Origin: Mobula hypostoma
Lineage: Eukaryota
DNA length: 64,000 bases
Assembly (NCBI RefSeq): GCF_963921235.1
Contig: NC_086097.1
Coordinates: 93,436,001-93,500,000, forward strand
Direction: 5' to 3'
Shown here: positions 1 through 12,475 of the stretch, piece by piece
Numbering within the stretch: position 1 is the first letter of the stretch
How the letters are laid out: the number at the start of each line of letters is the position of its first letter
Notes under the pieces: generated by a model
What the model was told of the DNA's origin: nothing
Seen by the model: the letters and a program-made list of their open reading frames with translations, nothing else
The model's database searches: none
Made by a program: the position numbers and the translations under genes

Positions 1-99
1 CTTCAAACTTATTTGGAAGTGTATGTCTTCATTTCCCTGTTGTAATTCCTGCAAATGAGTACTACATCAGTATGTACAGCTCATTTTAATTACAAAGTG

Positions 100-797
100 A
101 ATATGTAAGGATGTTTGTGCAGGTGGATCTCAAACTTTCTCTCTGACAGAAGGCAGTCTGCGAGACTAGATATGCACATATCCTTATCTACTCACCTTGC
201 ACTGGCGCACCGCACATGTGTGCTCTCCCTTCTCCTACTTTTGCTATACACTAATGACAGTGTCTGTTAAATTGATAAAAGTTTGCAGATGACACCACTG
301 TCATCAGACTAATCACCAGAGGCACTGAATCCAAGTATCATCTGGAAGTTAACAAGCTAGTCTCCTAGTGCAATCACAACAGCTTAGAGCTAAATGCCCT
401 CAATCGCAGAGACACATATCGACTTCAGGAGAAATATACCTCCTCTCCACCCGCTCATCATCAACAACTCAGTAGTTAGCACTGTCTTCATTCAGATACT
501 TGGGCAGAACCTCGTGGGGGAATGATACCTCTTTCATTAACAAAAAGGCTTGGCAGTTGGTAAAATTCCGTCTTCCCCAGAAAATACTCTTGCAATTCTA
601 CATTGGCATCATAGAGAACATCTTCACATCGGCCATTACTGTCTGGTTTGTTGCAGCATCCTTTCACAGTTTACAAAAACTACAATCAGGTCAGCTGAAA
701 AGATCACTGGCTGTAATCTGCCATCACTGCAGAACATGTATGTGCCCAGAGCAAAGAAGTGGGTAGGAAAAATTATTGCTGATACTACCCACCTGAC
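100..797 (+). mobile_element. Decayed Rex1/Babar-like LINE RT fragment
   Basis: KFADDTTVIRLI near 280-310; LLQFYIGIIENIFTSAITVWF C-terminal motif; frameshifts and stops. Confidence 0.75.
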
Positions 798-799
798 CC

Positions 800-1127
800 G
801 GCTGGTGGCGTAGTAGCATCAGCGTCTGACTTCGGGACGAAAGGTCCCGAGTTTGAATTCAGCTGGCTCCCCTGCACGCTTTCCATCTGTGCTGGGTTAC
901 GAGCTGGTAATCTCTTTGGAATCTCACCTGGCAGAAAGGCAATGGCAAAGCACTGCTGTAACTTGCCTTGTACGCTGTTCCCCACTATGTCAGAGAGGCG
1001 TGGAGGGAAATGGTCCGCTAACCGGAGAAACTGTATGCGACATATCTTTCCTTTGCTATCCACCTAGCAAATTGCCCTATCCAAAAGCTCCCTTTTGGAG
1101 AGCGCCATAGGGAGATTAAAACAAAAA
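800..1127 (+). mobile_element. tRNA-derived SINE
   Basis: A-box-like tggcgtagtagc, B-box-like gagtttgaattc, A-rich tail at ~1117-1127. Confidence 0.7.
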
Positions 1128-1539
1128 CTTCACACCATCTTAAAAGTTTCTTCTGTACTGCAGTGTAAATACTTTAAGCCACTTTTTATATTTATTTTTC
1201 CATCGTGAATACATGCTGGTATTTATGAACATTTTTATTCCATTTCTGTACTTGACCTCAAAGTTAATTTTTTTATACAATTTTTCTTATAATTGTTGAA
1301 TATTGTTGTTTTTGAGTGCATGTCACACCAACATACAGTACACCACAAATTCCTAATACATGTAAATTTTTATGGCGAATAAAGTTGATTTTTCAAAGAA
1401 CCTTGATCCTTGAAAAAGAAATCAAAAGTTTATCATTTACATATTAATAACATATTTCAAAAAATGAGTACGTCACACTGAAAGTAAGGAACCGTGCATG
1501 AATTTGAGTTTGAGAAGGAGAAGCTGAAGTCAGGTATAT

Positions 1540-3415
1540 CATATTACAGTGGAGTGCCAAATCCAGGATTTGGAAGCTTTTCAACAGAAGGCAACTAAAG
1601 CAATAAGGAGAGAAAATATGATATATGATGTTAAGTTAGTCAATGATATAAAAGAAGATACCAAAAGATTATACCACTGGAAAATGAAACTGAAGAGTTA
1701 GTAATGAGGAACAAAGAAATAGTGATCTTCGAAGAATCGCTAGATTCTGGAATGGTTCCTGAGGACTGGAAAAACTTTTGAAATTCTTTGAGCAAATAGT
1801 AGGCAGGATAGAGAGTCTGTGGATGTTATCTACTGGGATTTTCAGAAGGCCTTTGATAAGTTGCCACGCATGAGGTTGCTAAACAATATAAGAGCCCATG
1901 GAATCGTAGGAAAGATACTAGCATGGATAGAAAACTGTTTGACTGGCAGGAGGCAAGCAGTGGAATAAAGGGGGCATTTTCTTTTGACTTCTGGTAACAA
2001 GTGTTGTTTTGAAGGGGTAGGTATTGGGACCGCTTCAAGTTGTACAGTATGTCAGTGATTTGGATGATGGAATTGATAGCTTTGTAGCCAAGTTTGTGGA
2101 CAATACAATGATAGATGGAGGGGTGGGAAGTGTTGAGAAAACATGGAATTTACAGAAAGACTTAAACAGATTAGGAGAATGGGCAAAGAAACGGCAGGTG
2201 AAATATTGGGAATTGTATGGTCACGCACTTTGGTAGAAGAAATAAAGATGTAGACTGTTTTCTAAAAGAGTGAGAGAATTCAGAAATCAGACGTGCAAAA
2301 GGACTTGGGAATCCCCAAGCAGGAATCCCTAAAGGCCAACTTGCAGGTTGAGTCAGTGGTAAGGAAGGCACATGCAATGTTTAGTATTCATTTCGAGAGG
2401 ACTAGAATGTAAAAGCTAGGATGTAATGCTGAGGCTTTATAAGGCATTGATCAGACTGCACTTGGGAGTATTGTGAGCAGTTTTGGGCTGTTTATCTGAG
2501 AAAGGATGGCTGGTACTAGAGGGCCAGAGGAGGTTCATGAGGATGATCCCTGGAAAGAAAGTGTTAACATATTCTCAGAAATGAAAGAGTTAACACATGA
2601 GGACACTTTGGCTCTGGACCTGTACTAGTTATACTTCATACTTCATTGTCGCCAAACAATTGATACTAGAACGTACAATCATCACAGCGATATTTGATTC
2701 TGCGCTTCCCGCTCCCTGGATTACAAATATTAAATATTAAAAATAGTAAAAATTAGTAAATATTAAAAATTTTAATTATAAATCATAAATAGAAAATAGA
2801 AAAATGGGAAGTAAGGTAGTGCAAAAAAACCGAGATGCAGGTCCGGATATTTGGAGGGTACGGCCCAGATCCGGGTCAGGATCCGTTCAGCAGTCTTATC
2901 ACAGTTGGAAAGAAGCTGTTCCCAAATCTGGCCTATGAGTCTTCAAGCTCCTGAGCCTTCTCCCGGAGGGAAGAGGGACGAAAAGTGTGTTGGCTGGGTG
3001 GGTTGTGTCCTTGATTATCCTGGCAGCACTGCTCCGACAGCGCACTAGTTGCTGAGTTTGAAAGAGTGAGGAAGAATATCATTGATAGAGCAGACATGAG
3101 TAGGATGTTTCCTATGGTGGGGGAGGGCACAGTCTCTGACGAGAAGGACATCCCTTTAGAACAGAGATGAGGAGGAATTTCTTTAGCCAGAGGGTGGCGA
3201 ATCTGTAGAATTCATTTCCACAGATGGCTGTGGAGGTCAAGTCATTGGATATATTTAAAGTGGAGGTTGATAGCTTCTTGATTGGTGAGGGAGTTGAAGG
3301 TTATGGGGAGAAGACAGGAGAATGGGGTTGAGGGTGATACTAAATCAGTCATCATGGAATGGCAAGGAGACTCGATGGGCCGAGTGGTATATTTCTACTC
3401 CTACATCTTATGGAA
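1540..3415 (+). mobile_element. Decayed CR1 LINE, RT to 3' end, split by an insertion at 2631-3043
   Basis: DFQKAFDK, VAKFVDNT and EMRRNFFSQRVANL motifs with many stops. Confidence 0.85.
2631..3043 (-). mobile_element. Young 3' end of a Rex1/Babar-like LINE
   Basis: Minus strand encodes ARFGNSFFPTVIRLLN; (tgaagta)n tail; perfect TSD actagtt (2624-30, 3044-50). Confidence 0.8.
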
Positions 3416-5001
3416 TTAATAGATTATTTTATTTATTTTTAAATGCTTAGGAGCAACCTCTTTAATATTTATTGAAAATATGTGTTGTCAATACTCTATT
3501 CAGATCTATGGACTGCTTACTGCCATTTCCAGATCTATCAATCTATGTCTGATACTCCCATAGATCGCATGTGACCCCCAAGCTTCCTCATCGAGAGGGT
3601 TTCTTAGCTTACTTCATCTGTCAGGCTGAGAGAACCTGCGAAATATGTAGCATTGTCCCACCCCTTATGTACCCCTGTGCTCTCTAGCATCAACTCTGTT
3701 CCCATGGCCTGCACACAAATAATCTAGTAGTTCTGTGAAAGCTGGTAGCAATCATCCATGAAACATGCAGATCAGGTTTTAAAGCTTTATTGACGTGCAG
3801 GTCGTGATAATGAACAGTTGGAGCAAATTTGCCCAGTTTTGTTTCTTTCTTTTGTGTGACTTCCGGTCGGATATTTATACGGTACCCAGTGAAAACAGCA
3901 AAATACTTACAATTTATGCTATGATTGTTTTAAGGGTGCGCTGCAATAGGGACCAGTTTTGCTTCAAACCTGTTTTATGTGTGACCTGGTAAGCTGGAGC
4001 TTTGGGTAACAAAAGCGAAGAAGGAATGATAGGATGGGGAAATTACTTCCCGCATATGTGTGAGGTTTCAATCGCAGAAGGATCCTTTGGGCTGCTAGAT
4101 TGTTAAACACTTCTAGAATGTGGTACTGTGAAGGTAATTGACTTCTCTGGTTTAAGTGTAGAAAACCAACAATTTGAAATCTGGCAAATTTGGAGATGGC
4201 TGTCCTCAAAATTCCTGTTTTACATTCTTCCAGTATCAATTTGATAAGTAGTTTCTTCCAAAACAAATTTGTTTTTAAATTTGTGATTCGAAGTGAATAT
4301 TTCTCTGGAGATTTTACTGCAACGAAAACAATAGAAGCTAGGAGAATGAGGTAGTTGAATAGTATTGTTTGGACCACATGCAGATTACCAGGGAGAAGGT
4401 AATTGGACATCTTAAAAGTCCGGGGCCTGACCTAGTGCGTTCTCTCAACTCACACAAGTTCCAAGAAGAAATTGCAGAGGTCCTTACAGAGATTTTTGTT
4501 TTATTTCTGGCCACTGGTAAGGTTCTCCAGGCCAGAAATGTGGCTAATGTCATAACATTGTTTAAAAAGGGTAAGAAAATGCAAGCCTGTGAGACTGACA
4601 GTGGTGACTAAATTGCTGGGGGGGGGGATTCTGAGAACTACCAACATTTGGAGAAACAAAGTCTGATTTGCAACAGTCGTCATTGCTTTTGCATTGGAAG
4701 TCATGTCTGACAAAACTCTTGGTGTTCTTTGAGAAGGTAATCAAGAGAGGAAATGAAAGATGTCTCTGTGGACTTTGACAGGTTCCTTTCTGACAGTTTA
4801 AATCTCATGAGACCCATGGGGAGATAGTGGATATTGGATTTGTAATTGATTCTGGTGGAAACAAGGGCAGATCATCAGGGGTTTTCTCTCTGGTCTTTGT
4901 CTAGTGGTGTGCCACAGTGTTAGTGCTGGGATGTTTGTTGTTTATAATTTGTATAAATTATTTAGATGTGACTGCACAAGGCATGATTGTTAAGTTTGCA
5001 A

Positions 5002-5328
5002 ATAGAACCATAGAACCATAGAAACTACAGCACAGAAACAGGCCCTTTGGCCCTTCTTGGCTGTGCCGAACCATTTTCTGCCTAGTCCCACTGACCTGCG
5101 CACGGACCATATCCCTCCATACACCTCCCATCCATGTATCTGTCCAATTTATTCTTATATATTAAAAAAGAACCCGCATTTACCACCTCATCTGGCAGCT
5201 CATTCCATACTCCCACCACTCTCTGTGTGAAGAAGCACCCCCTAATGTTCCCTTTAAACTTTTCCCCCCTCACCCTTAACCCATGTCCTCTGGTTTTTTT
5301 CTCCCCTTGCCTCAGTGGAAAAAGCCTG
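5002..5328 (-). mobile_element. Young CR1 3' end
   Basis: ORF 5082..5273 FFTQRVVGVWNELP; tandem (ttctatgg)n tail seen as atagaaccatagaacc. Confidence 0.85.
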
Positions 5329-5421
5329 TGTTAATAAAAAATGTTAATAAAGTAGGTGGTATAGAGTTAATGCAGAAAGTTATGAAAAATTATAGGGGGA
5401 TCTTAATTAGCTAGGTATGTG

Positions 5422-5713
5422 GGCTGGCGTGTGGCCAAGTGGTTAAGGCGTTTGTCTAGTGATTTGAAGGTCGCTAGTTCAAACCTTGGCTGAGGCAACA
5501 TGTGTGTCCTTGAGCAAGGCACTTAACCACACATTGCTCTGTGACGACACCAGTACCAAGCTGTATGGGTCCTAATGCCCTTCCCTTGGACAACATCGGT
5601 GGTGTGGAGAGGGGAGACATGCAGCATGGTCAACTGCTGGTCTTCCATACAACCTTGCCCAGGCCTGCGCCCTGGAGACTTTCCAAGGTGCAAATCCATG
5701 GTCTCATGAGCCT
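5422..5713 (+). mobile_element. tRNA-derived SINE
   Basis: A box tggccaagtgg, B box agttcaaacc, followed by the cttgagcaaggcacttaacc core. Confidence 0.8.
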
Positions 5714-6080
5714 CTAAGAATATGGGCTGAGAATTGGCAAGTGTCTTTTGAATCTGGCAGATGTTAGTTACAGCATTTCAAACCAGGTAGGACTTAAGTA
5801 GTGAGTGGTAGGGCACTAGTGAGAGCTATGGAATAGAAGGATCCAAGAGTGTTATTGAATAGCCCATTGTTCACTAAATGTAGCATCGCTAGTAGACAGG
5901 ATAAGAAGGTATTTGGCACACTGGCCTTCACCAGTCAAGGTATTGAGTGTAGGAGTTGGAAAATTATGTTGCTCTTGTATAAGATGGTGGTAAGACCACA
6001 CGTGGATGATTGAGAGTAGTCTTGGTCATCCTCTTACAGGAAAGATGTTATTAAAATTGAAAGAGTGCAGAAAAGATATA

Positions 6081-7958
6081 CAGCCAATTCTGGTTATTTG
6101 AGCCAACGATTAATTGAGGCAGCTGCTTATTTGGGACAACTCTTAAAGAACATAAACAGAGAAAATAGCCAGGATTCCCTTTGCTTATTTGGAACACTAT
6201 GCCACCTAATTAGGACAGAAGATGGTTGCTGAACATTTTCTAGCTAGCATCACTCACATGCACGTCGTGTGGCCATTAGACACTACACCGTGCTTGTGTG
6301 TTTGTGTTCAGAAAGGAGTGATTCTTGCCACTGATAGTTGGTGAGTAATATGCAGTAAGATAATTCAGAACTGCTCACTGCGGCTTCAAGCATTCAGGTT
6401 TGGAGATGCCAGAAACGACCACAGGTACAAATGAAAAGATTTTACCACTTCAGCACTACAAAAAATTTAGGCCAGTTAGCCTAACTTCAGTGGTTGGAAG
6501 ATGTTGGAGTCAATTATTAAGGATGATGTTTCAGGGTACTTGCATGATAAAAATGGGCCAGTCAGTATGGTTTCCATGAGGCAGGAGTTCTCAACCTTTC
6601 TTATGCCATGGACCGCAGGTTTGGAACCCCTGCCTTAGGTGCAAATCTGAAGTTCTTTGAGGAAATAACAGGCAGGATAGACAAAGAATCAATGGATGTT
6701 GTTTACTTGGATTTTCAGAGGCCTTTGACATGGTGCTGTCCGTACATTAGACTACTAAACAAGATAAGAGCCCAAACTAGCATGGATAGAAGATTGGCTG
6801 ACTGGGAGGAGGCAAAGAGTCAGAATAAAGGGGGCCTATTCTGGTTGGCTGCTAGTGACTACTTGTGTCCCATAAGGTTGGTTTTGGGAGCGCGTCTTTT
6901 CATGTTATATGTCAACGATTTGGATGATGAAATTGATGGCTTTATGGCTAAGTTTACAGACAACACAAAGATGGGTTGAGGGACAGGTAGTGTTGCGGAA
7001 GCAGGGATTCTGAAAAGGACAGTTTGGGAGAATGATCAAATAAGTGGCAGTTGGAATATTGTGGAGGGGAGTATATGGTCATGCACTTGGGTAGAAGGAA
7101 TAAAGCCGTAGACTATTTTCTAAATGGGGAGAATATTCAAAAATCACAGGTGCAAAGGGACTTGGGAATCCTTGTGTCAACTTGCAGGTTGAGTCAGTGG
7201 TAAAGAAGGCAAATGCAATATTAGCATTCGATATAAGAGCAAGGATGTGATGCTGAGGCTTTATAAGGCATTGGTCAGACTGTACTTGGAATATTGTCAG
7301 CAGTTTTGGGCCCCTTATTTAAGAAACAGATGTTTTGACATTGGAGGGAGTTTTAGGGTTCAAGGGAGGTTCACGAGAATGATTCCGGAAAATGAAAGGG
7401 TTAACATAGGAGCATTTAATAGATCTGGACCTGTACTTGCTAGAGTTTGGAAAAATAGGGGCAGGGGCTCCTCTTTGAAACCTCAATTATTGAAAGGCCT
7501 AGATAGAATTGATATGGAGGGGATGTTTCCTGTAGTCGGTGAGTCTAAGACCAGAAGGCACACCTTCAGAATTGAAGGACATCCATTTAGAACAGAGATG
7601 AGAAGAAATTTCTTTGGACAGAGGGTGGTGAATCTGTGGAATTCATTGCCACAGACAGCTGTGAGGGCAAGTCACTGAGTATATTTAAAGTGGAGTTTGA
7701 TAGGTCCTTAGTTAGTCAAGGTGTCAAAGGTTATAGGGAAAAGGCAGGACAATACGGTTTTATAGTGTAGTAGTTTTGGTAGTGTTTTAATTTATTCTAT
7801 ATTTCATTTAAATATATAATTTGTTACTTGGTTAAATGGTTGTTTGTCATTTTTATACTTTTTTAACTATTTCCGTGAAACTTCAGCTAATTGGGGCAAC
7901 CAGTTAATTGAGCCAAAATGTCTGGTCCCAATGTGTTCCAATTAAGTAGAACCCACTA
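6081..7958. mobile_element. pogo/Tigger-like MITE (TA TSD) split by a CR1 insertion
   Basis: ta|cag start and cta|ta end; repeated taattgg/gggaca subterminal motifs at both ends; host CR1 frame rejoins across it. Confidence 0.6.
6455..7760 (+). mobile_element. CR1 LINE fragment nested in the MITE
   Basis: ORFs 6608..6979 (DVVYLDFQ, AKFTDNTK) and 7247..7678 (LYKALVR, FFGQRVVNLWNSLP). Confidence 0.85.
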
Positions 7959-8699
7959 TACCAGGATGTTGCCTGGAGTTGGGTGCCTAAGTTATAAGGA
8001 AAGGTTATGTAGATGAGGACTTTATTTCCTGGAATACGCAAAATTGAGGGGTAACTTCAACATGTAAGATTATGAGGGGCATAGTCCTTTTCCCAAAGTG
8101 TGGGTGCTAGAAACTAAAGGGGTGTTGGTGTAAATCAGAGGTGAGAAAGACATGAGGGCAACTTCATGCAGAATTTTGTGTATTTGGTATGAGCTGCCTG
8201 AAATCCTGGCTGATATGAGGATATTTAACAACATGAAACACATCTAGATAAATACATGGGAAGGAGAGGTTTGGATCCTTTTTGATTTTAAATTCTCCCT
8301 ATTTCTACCATATCCTACCACTGCACTTACACTAGAGGCAATCTACAGTGACCAGTTAACCGACCAACCTGCACAGTTGTAGGCTGAGGGAAGATACTGG
8401 AGCACCCTGATGGAACCTGCATGACACAGGAGAATGTGCAAACTCCATGCAGATAGGATCTACGTTCGGGATTGAACTCAAATTTCATAAACTGGTATCA
8501 TCCGGGATGAAATTGATATTCCTTTAATTGATACAGAGCAGTAAACAATCTCAGTGCATCGTCAACGTACTCAACAGCTACCATGCATTCACCCTTCTCA
8601 TATGGTCTATTGCTTGTCTTGACAAGTCAATCGGCAGTTCTTCAATGGTACCCAAAAAGTAGAATTATTCAACTAATTGCCTCAATATTGAACACAGAA

Positions 8700-9730
8700 A
8701 AAGTTCTACATGTTGAAAATCTGAAATAAAAACAAAATGCTCAAAACTCACCCAGTCAGACACCACTTATTGAGAGAGAAAAACAAAAATAATGTTTCAT
8801 GTTAATGACCTTTCATCTGATATAGGCAAAGGTAGAAAACAAGCACGTTTTAAGTTTCAGAAAAGTTGAATTGGGTGGTGGTGGGGGTGGAGAGTGATGA
8901 AAAAGGAAGCTTTGGATAGAATGGAAATCAAGAGAATCTGAATGCTGGAATTGTAAGACACACAAGCTGCAGGTTCCAGCAGTCATGAATAAAAGTGAGT
9001 GCTGGAAGTACTGAGATTCTGTGGAAAGTAAAACAGGAAATATTGCAATTTGATACCTGTCATCAGAGATGACCACACCTTTTAAGTGAAGAAGTTCACT
9101 TGTATTTTCACTACTGTGTACTGCATCTGGGTCATACAACCTGTCCTTCTCTACATGAGAAAAATCAAACATTGATTAGGTGACCATTCTGCAGAACATA
9201 CTGGTTCAATCCAGTTGCCTGTCTCTTTAATTGTTATATTTCTCAGTATATGGAGTCACTTAATTGCCTGTCATCTATTCTCTCGTGTGATCTCCACCAT
9301 CTCATGCCACTCTCTGTTTCCCTGATATCCAACTACACCCCAGCAGAAATTTTGTGATGTGAGTGGAAACAAGACTACAGGGGAGGGGAGAGAGTCCATG
9401 TGTTTGCACAGAAAATGAGCAAGCTCCACACATATGCATCTTTTCGTACTCTGCCATTTATCTTTGCAAGATTATTAACATGTCCATGCCTTCGCAATAG
9501 TTTCTCATCTGGCACCTCCATGATTTACAGTATTCATTCTCTCTTGGTCTCCAACCAAACACAGAAATTCCCTTTGTTTGTGCTATTTGTCTCCCTTATT
9601 TGCATCTTAAAATATGTTTAATTCTTACGAAAATTCATTGACTTGAAATGCCTGCTGTATTTCTCTGCATAGATGTGGTCTAACCTGCTGAACGTTTCCA
9701 GTATCTCATCTTGATTTAGCCTAGATTTTT
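8700..9730. mobile_element. Old, decayed Penelope-like remnant with inverted ends
   Basis: pLTR-like ends near 8715-8820 and 9640-9710 in opposite orientation; decayed GIY-YIG-like LGDHSAEH near 9175-9200. Confidence 0.5.
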
Positions 9731-10204
9731 TTTTCAAATAATTTTGTTTCGTATCTGCACTGATGAGTTCCTGGCAGTTGACAGTTTCAGGGATTTGCAA
9801 ACATTTGGAGAGAGCTGAAAAAAAACAAGCTGATTTAATATAACTATTCAGGACTGAACTGTTTTCTTGTGTGTAGTTCAATTGTGGGTATTAAGAGATT
9901 GGTTTAAAAATGCTGCAGTTTATGGCAATCTAAGGAACTTAAGTAGTTGGTCACTTTTTATTAACAGTATACTCGCACACGATATGCCTGAAGACTAAAG
10001 TGTAGAGTTTAAGGAGACTAGGTTACAGTTTGTCCAACCTGATTCACATTTTTTGCCTTTATACAAATGTAAAATGCAAAATGAGGCAGAAGATACCATA
10101 CTCTGTATCTCTTGTCACCTTTCACTGCCTGTTTCTCTGCTTCCTTGTTTTTTCCTTGTTTAATTATCCTTTTTGTAATCCAGTTGTATATCTGATTGCT
10201 GTGA

Positions 10205-10890
10205 ATTTGGCTAAGGTATGACAGTGATGAAACTGGACTATTGGGTACGGTATAAACGTTGCCCTTTTGAAGCAGGTGAGAACTTCTGACTAGCAATGAG
10301 AGATTGAAAATGTCTTTGAATTCCCTTGCCAGTTAGTTGGCCCTGGTTTTCAGAGCCCTGCCAGATACTCCACTGGGGCCTGTCACCTTGCGAGGGTTCA
10401 CCCTCTTAAGACAGGCTGACGTCATCTTCTAAGACAGAGATCACAGGGTAACCAAGTGCTGCAGGGGTCCTCCTAGCTGCAGTTCTATTATCTCTTTCAT
10501 AGCATGCGTAAAAGATGTTGAGCTTATCTAGCAGTGAAGCATCACTGCTTTTATGATAACAACAGGAATTCTGCAGATGCTGGAAATTCAAGCAACATAC
10601 ATCAAAGTTGCTGGTGAACGCAGCAGGCCAAGCAGCATCTATAGGAAGAGGCGCAGTCGACGTTTCAGGCCGAGACCCTTCGTCCTGACTGCTTTTAGGA
10701 TGTTAGGTTTTGCTTTGTAGGAAGTAACGGCTTGCAAACCCTGCCAGAGTTGATGTGCTTCTGATTCTGTCTCCAACCTAGTTTGGAGTTATACCTAGTT
10801 TTTATGCAGTCCCTTTTGCAATCCAGTAAAATGCCTGATGGTGTCATTAATTTGAAAGTGCTGTGCATTGCCTTATTGTTTGGATTAGGA
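10205..10890 (-). mobile_element. Decayed Rex-like LINE fragment
   Basis: Minus-strand LLDKLNIFYACYER and PVISVLEDDV (ORF 10406..10591). Confidence 0.65.
10558..10687 (-). mobile_element. Short Penelope pseudo-LTR fragment inserted in a Rex-like LINE
   Basis: Same family as 18002-18130; TSD actgcttttatgat (10544-57) / actgcttttaggat (10688-701). Confidence 0.85.
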
Positions 10891-10960
10891 ACTATATATT
10901 TTGACCATATTTTATTTTCAGTGTGCATTGTACTTTATTCTTTTTTTTATTCCTCTCCAG

Positions 10961-12059
10961 CATCTTGAAATGTCTCCCTAATATTTATTCAACATCGCCT
11001 GAAGACCATGAAGAGCCTTTTAATATTATTGTCAAGGAAGAACCTCCAGATGACTATGAGTACAATTGTGCAGCAAACTCAGTGGACCTTGATTGTGGTG
11101 AACTAAAATGTAAAGAGGAGGAGGAATATTTAGAACCAGAGGAACAGCATGACAAGACTAATTGTGAATTAATTAATAAAACTATTGACAAAAATGAAGA
11201 GGATGCAACTTCACCTGCAGTTAGTAAGCCGCCATTGAAAATTCCGACAGAAGTAGCACCTAAAGCTAAAATGCGGCAAAGCATTAAAGTGCCTGTAGTT
11301 TACTTGGAACCATGTATTATTACAAAAGGTACCATAAAAGTATCTGAAATACCACAGAAGCTGTTGTCTCCTTGTCGGAGGAGTGGAGGGCCTCTGCCTA
11401 CCGTTGTCCATTCTCCAGTGTCAGCAGAAAAACGTACTTGCTCACCGAGCTCTGCTGAGAAACCTGAAATGGAGAATGTGGACTCAACATCAGAATGCTC
11501 AAAGCGCAAAGAGAGAAGCCCTGCGTCAGAAAGGACTGAAAATAAACCCCACATCTCTACGGATGAAAATATTCCAACTGCTTCACATAGTACACTCTTT
11601 GGGAAGTCGTCTGGAGAAGGCTTCAGATTTCGTAAGATTAAATATACTGAAAAAGCACTGAATTCCACCCTTTGGATGCCTTTAAGCAGACCGTATCTTA
11701 ATTCTACTGAGAATTCTCCTGTGTTATCCAATTGCTTTAAGTCTGCACGTTTGTCTAGTAAGGCATTCAGTTCTGGGATCTGGAGACCTCCAGATGGTAG
11801 GACTTGCTCTACAGGGGGGACCTCTGTGCCTCGCACCAATTGCAAATCTTCACCTATGTCGGCACAACAAGCCATAGCGGGTGCTTGCAGACGAAGACGG
11901 ACAAAAAAGCTGCGGCTGTCTGCGAAATCTTCCCATTCTGTCTTGGGAATGAGTTCTTTGGCATCCTCTAAACATCTGGAACGGGAAAAAACATTTCAAG
12001 ATGCCAGTCCCGATCTGGATGATGTGGAAGGTGTTACCTTTGTGTCATATGCATCTCAG
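10961..12059 (+). CDS. MGA: MGA-family coding exon (post-T-box exon), phase 2 in, phase 0 out
   Basis: Polypyrimidine tract ending tcctctccag at 10960; long open frame (ORF 10923..12236) containing IIVKEEPPDDYEY and ending DLDDVEGVTFVSYASQ, like MGA DLDDVDGVLFVSFESK; donor cag|gtgaga at 12060. Confidence 0.92.
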
Positions 12060-12475
12060 GTGAGACCATTTGTGTTAGGGTGTGTAATTCATTTAATATT
12101 TGGTTTTGAGATTTCTCTAAAAAAGGAATCCTGTTCTAAACTAAAGCATTGTAATAAAACTATGACTACATTCAGATTATTAGGCCTTATGAAAAAAAGT
12201 GTGAAAATGTGCTTAGGAATTCATAACTTAAAATAGAGAAGACTGTCAGTAATGAACTAGGTTATTTTGTAATGGAACATGTTTAAATTACAAAACTTTG
12301 AAGAAGTTATTGAACCCAAGGAATCATTAAAAACTAAGGGATGTGAGCTTCCCTAATGCATAGATTTTTTTTTACTTCTATTGAACCAGTGTGAAGCAGA
12401 TGCATACCTAACCAGAAGCTTGGTATACATGAGCCCTGCTAAAGAAATTGAGACAAAGCTGCTAATTTAACATAA

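Larger units (their letters stand above)
4360..8280 (+). mobile_element. Old CR1 LINE hosting several nested insertions
   Basis: KSPGPD and ANVITLFKKG at 4410-4570; RT remnants resume after each insertion, e.g. aaaagatata|ccaggatgttgcc across 6081-7958. Confidence 0.75.

Noticed and set aside
800..875. tRNA gene or hammerhead (ctgacttcgggacgaaaggtcccga)
   Set aside because: No CUGANGA box in the right context and no clean cloverleaf; continues into a SINE body and A-rich tail
5422..5495. tRNA gene
   Set aside because: Acceptor stem does not pair; followed by a SINE core
1..10960. T-box exon of MGA
   Set aside because: No T-box motifs in any frame; it presumably lies upstream of the window
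11300..11875. 191-aa antisense ORF as an overlapping gene
   Set aside because: Shadow of the MGA exon; no recognisable motifs
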